Shown here in pieces: positions 62,593 through 64,000 of a DNA stretch of 64,000 nt. Under the pieces are notes generated by a model. It saw only the letters and a list, made by a program, of their open reading frames with translations, was not told the origin of the DNA and did not search any database. The position numbers and the translations under genes were made by a program. The number at the start of each line of letters is the position of its first letter. The stretch's first letter is position 1. The stretch comes from Azolla caroliniana. Taxonomy: Eukaryota; Plantae; Polypodiophyta. Location of the stretch: contig JBHGNT010000017.1 in the NCBI GenBank assembly GCA_043228905.1, positions 7,936,001 to 8,000,000 on the forward strand. Reading direction: 5' to 3'.

Positions 62593-64000
62593 AGGCTGGA
62601 CCGGTTTTCTCCGTCCCAACTCAATTTTGGCGCATGCTGGTGGATGCGCGGTTAGGTGGGGGCGGATGTCGTGAAGAAAACCGTCCACAAGCGGAATCGG
62701 TGCACAGGAGCGTAGGAACCGGCTCTTCTCGAATGTTGTCCATAGAAGATGCTAGGCGGGTAGATTTAGTGGGTAGGAAGTAAAGGGGAAACGGCTCCTT
62801 CCTTGCCTATAAAAAGGAGGGAGACGAGAAGGGAAAGGGATCGCGGAGAGTCGAGGACGAAGTGCTGTCGTTTTGCGTGCGAAGGCTTCTCTCTCTCTCT
62901 CTCTGGTTCGCAAACTCCATAGCTTCCTTCTATGCAGGTTTCGGGAGGCTCGCGCTGTCTAAGGAATGCCCGAGTGCTTCCGGCAGCACCTCCAACCTGC
63001 TCCTGTCTTTCTGTGCGTTTACGAACAGGCATCGGCATCTGTTCGCCGGCCTGTTCGGTTGTAACCGACTTCGTGGTTTTGTTGTCTTCGTGTTCTTGTT
63101 GTTTGTCTTTGTTAATACATACATACATTCGTGTCTTTCTGTGTCGCTGTCCCACTTGCGTCTTTGCGTCGAAGGGCCGTGTCCCTGTGGATCTACGCTC
63201 GCACGTAGAGGTTCTCTTCTCCTTCCTCTCTTGCTCTTTGGTACAGGACCCCCGAGGTTCCGCCTCATTCCACGCTTCCGCGAGGAATACCTCGACAACG
63301 CGAAGAGCGTAACGACTCGACATATTTAGTGAACCTGACATGACACAGGCAGCAAAGGAGTGAAGGATGAGGGGATCCAAGCTTGCTGAAGTTATGGCCG
63401 TAGTCGTCGACCGGCTAGTGAGCGCTCGCGAGGGAACGGGTGCCCTCGATAGGGCCATTGAGTCGATCGTCCGCACCATAGGTCGATTCGGTGGGAAGAC
63501 CGCCACGAGCTACTTGGAGGCCTGACGGGCTGAAATGATCATGAGGGATATCTCGGTGGACAGGCCGTTGTCCGGATTCCCTCGGATGGTGATGCCGAGC
63601 ATCCAGGCAGAGGTGGTCGAGGTGTTGGTCGGATGCCAGACATGGGAGGAGTTCGAGTTGTGCCTCCTCGAGATTGATGGGTTCAATGACTCGCTTCGAA
63701 TGTTGAAGCGAGACTTCATGGCGTGGGTTGAGAGCCCTGGGAAGGGGAGGAACACGTCGGCGCTCCCTCCAGGAGTTCGAAAAACGGTTCGCACGGCTGT
63801 CAACGCTGGACCGGACCGTGCTCGACACAAGCCAGGTACTACTATTCATCAAGTCGGTGGACACCATGGACCGGGAGAAGGTGGGTCTCCTATTGGAAAC
63901 GGATGAAGTGCTCATGGCAGACTGGGCCATGGTAAGGAGGGTCTGTTGTCGTTTTGACAAGCGGCGCGAGTGGAGCGACAAGGGCTCGTTGGCGGCAAGG

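Larger units (their letters stand above)
56373..63297 (+). mobile_element. Gypsy element F, full-length with near-identical LTRs
   Basis: LTRs 56373-57002 and 62667-63297. PPT AGGTGGGGGCGGA at 62654-62666. Perfect 4-bp TSD ACGC at 56369-56372 and 63298-63301. Confidence 0.97.
55770..64000 (+). mobile_element. Gypsy element E (D/F lineage): 5' LTR 55770-56372 plus 63302-63322 split by F; degenerate gag runs off the window
   Basis: TGTCGTGAAGAAAAC start after ACGT, end ...ACTCGACA, degenerate Trp PBS TAGTGAACCTGACATGA at about 63327. Gag is homologous to F from about 63365. Confidence 0.88.

Overview
The window is eukaryotic and plant-type, probably from a non-seed plant such as a fern, lycophyte or bryophyte (inferred from the element lineages). 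I see no host gene. Almost all 64 kb is a nest of decayed transposable elements, most of which can be reassembled from LTR termini, primer-binding sites (PBS), polypurine tracts (PPT) and target-site duplications (TSD). Three Ty1/copia families are present, labelled A, B and C here. A (minus strand, 2321-37136) hosts B1 (4253-9896) and C1 (11593-36994). C1 in turn hosts C2, gypsy D, B2, C3 and several solo LTRs, up to six levels deep. A sits in the 5' end of an RTE-X-like LINE that is followed head-to-tail by a second LINE 5' end. Next come a split Sola-like DDD/E transposase relic, an Athila/Tat-like gypsy (G), a copia B5 with a triplicated gag start, and two nested tRNA-Trp-primed gypsy elements (E, F) of the same lineage as D. 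The most notable signals are: (i) the D/E/F lineage makes 4-bp TSDs at ACG[T/C] in 4 of 4 insertions; (ii) it has a conserved G_GAU_UUU plus stem-loop -1 frameshift signal after the protease; (iii) copia LTR TATA boxes lie inside an inverted repeat with compensatory substitutions; (iv) family C carries a duplicated PPT enclosing a post-RNase H tail with a conserved TWxDVVKGLK motif; (v) a solo LTR contains a tRNA-like Pol III A/B-box module. All coordinates were read by eye and no database searches were run.
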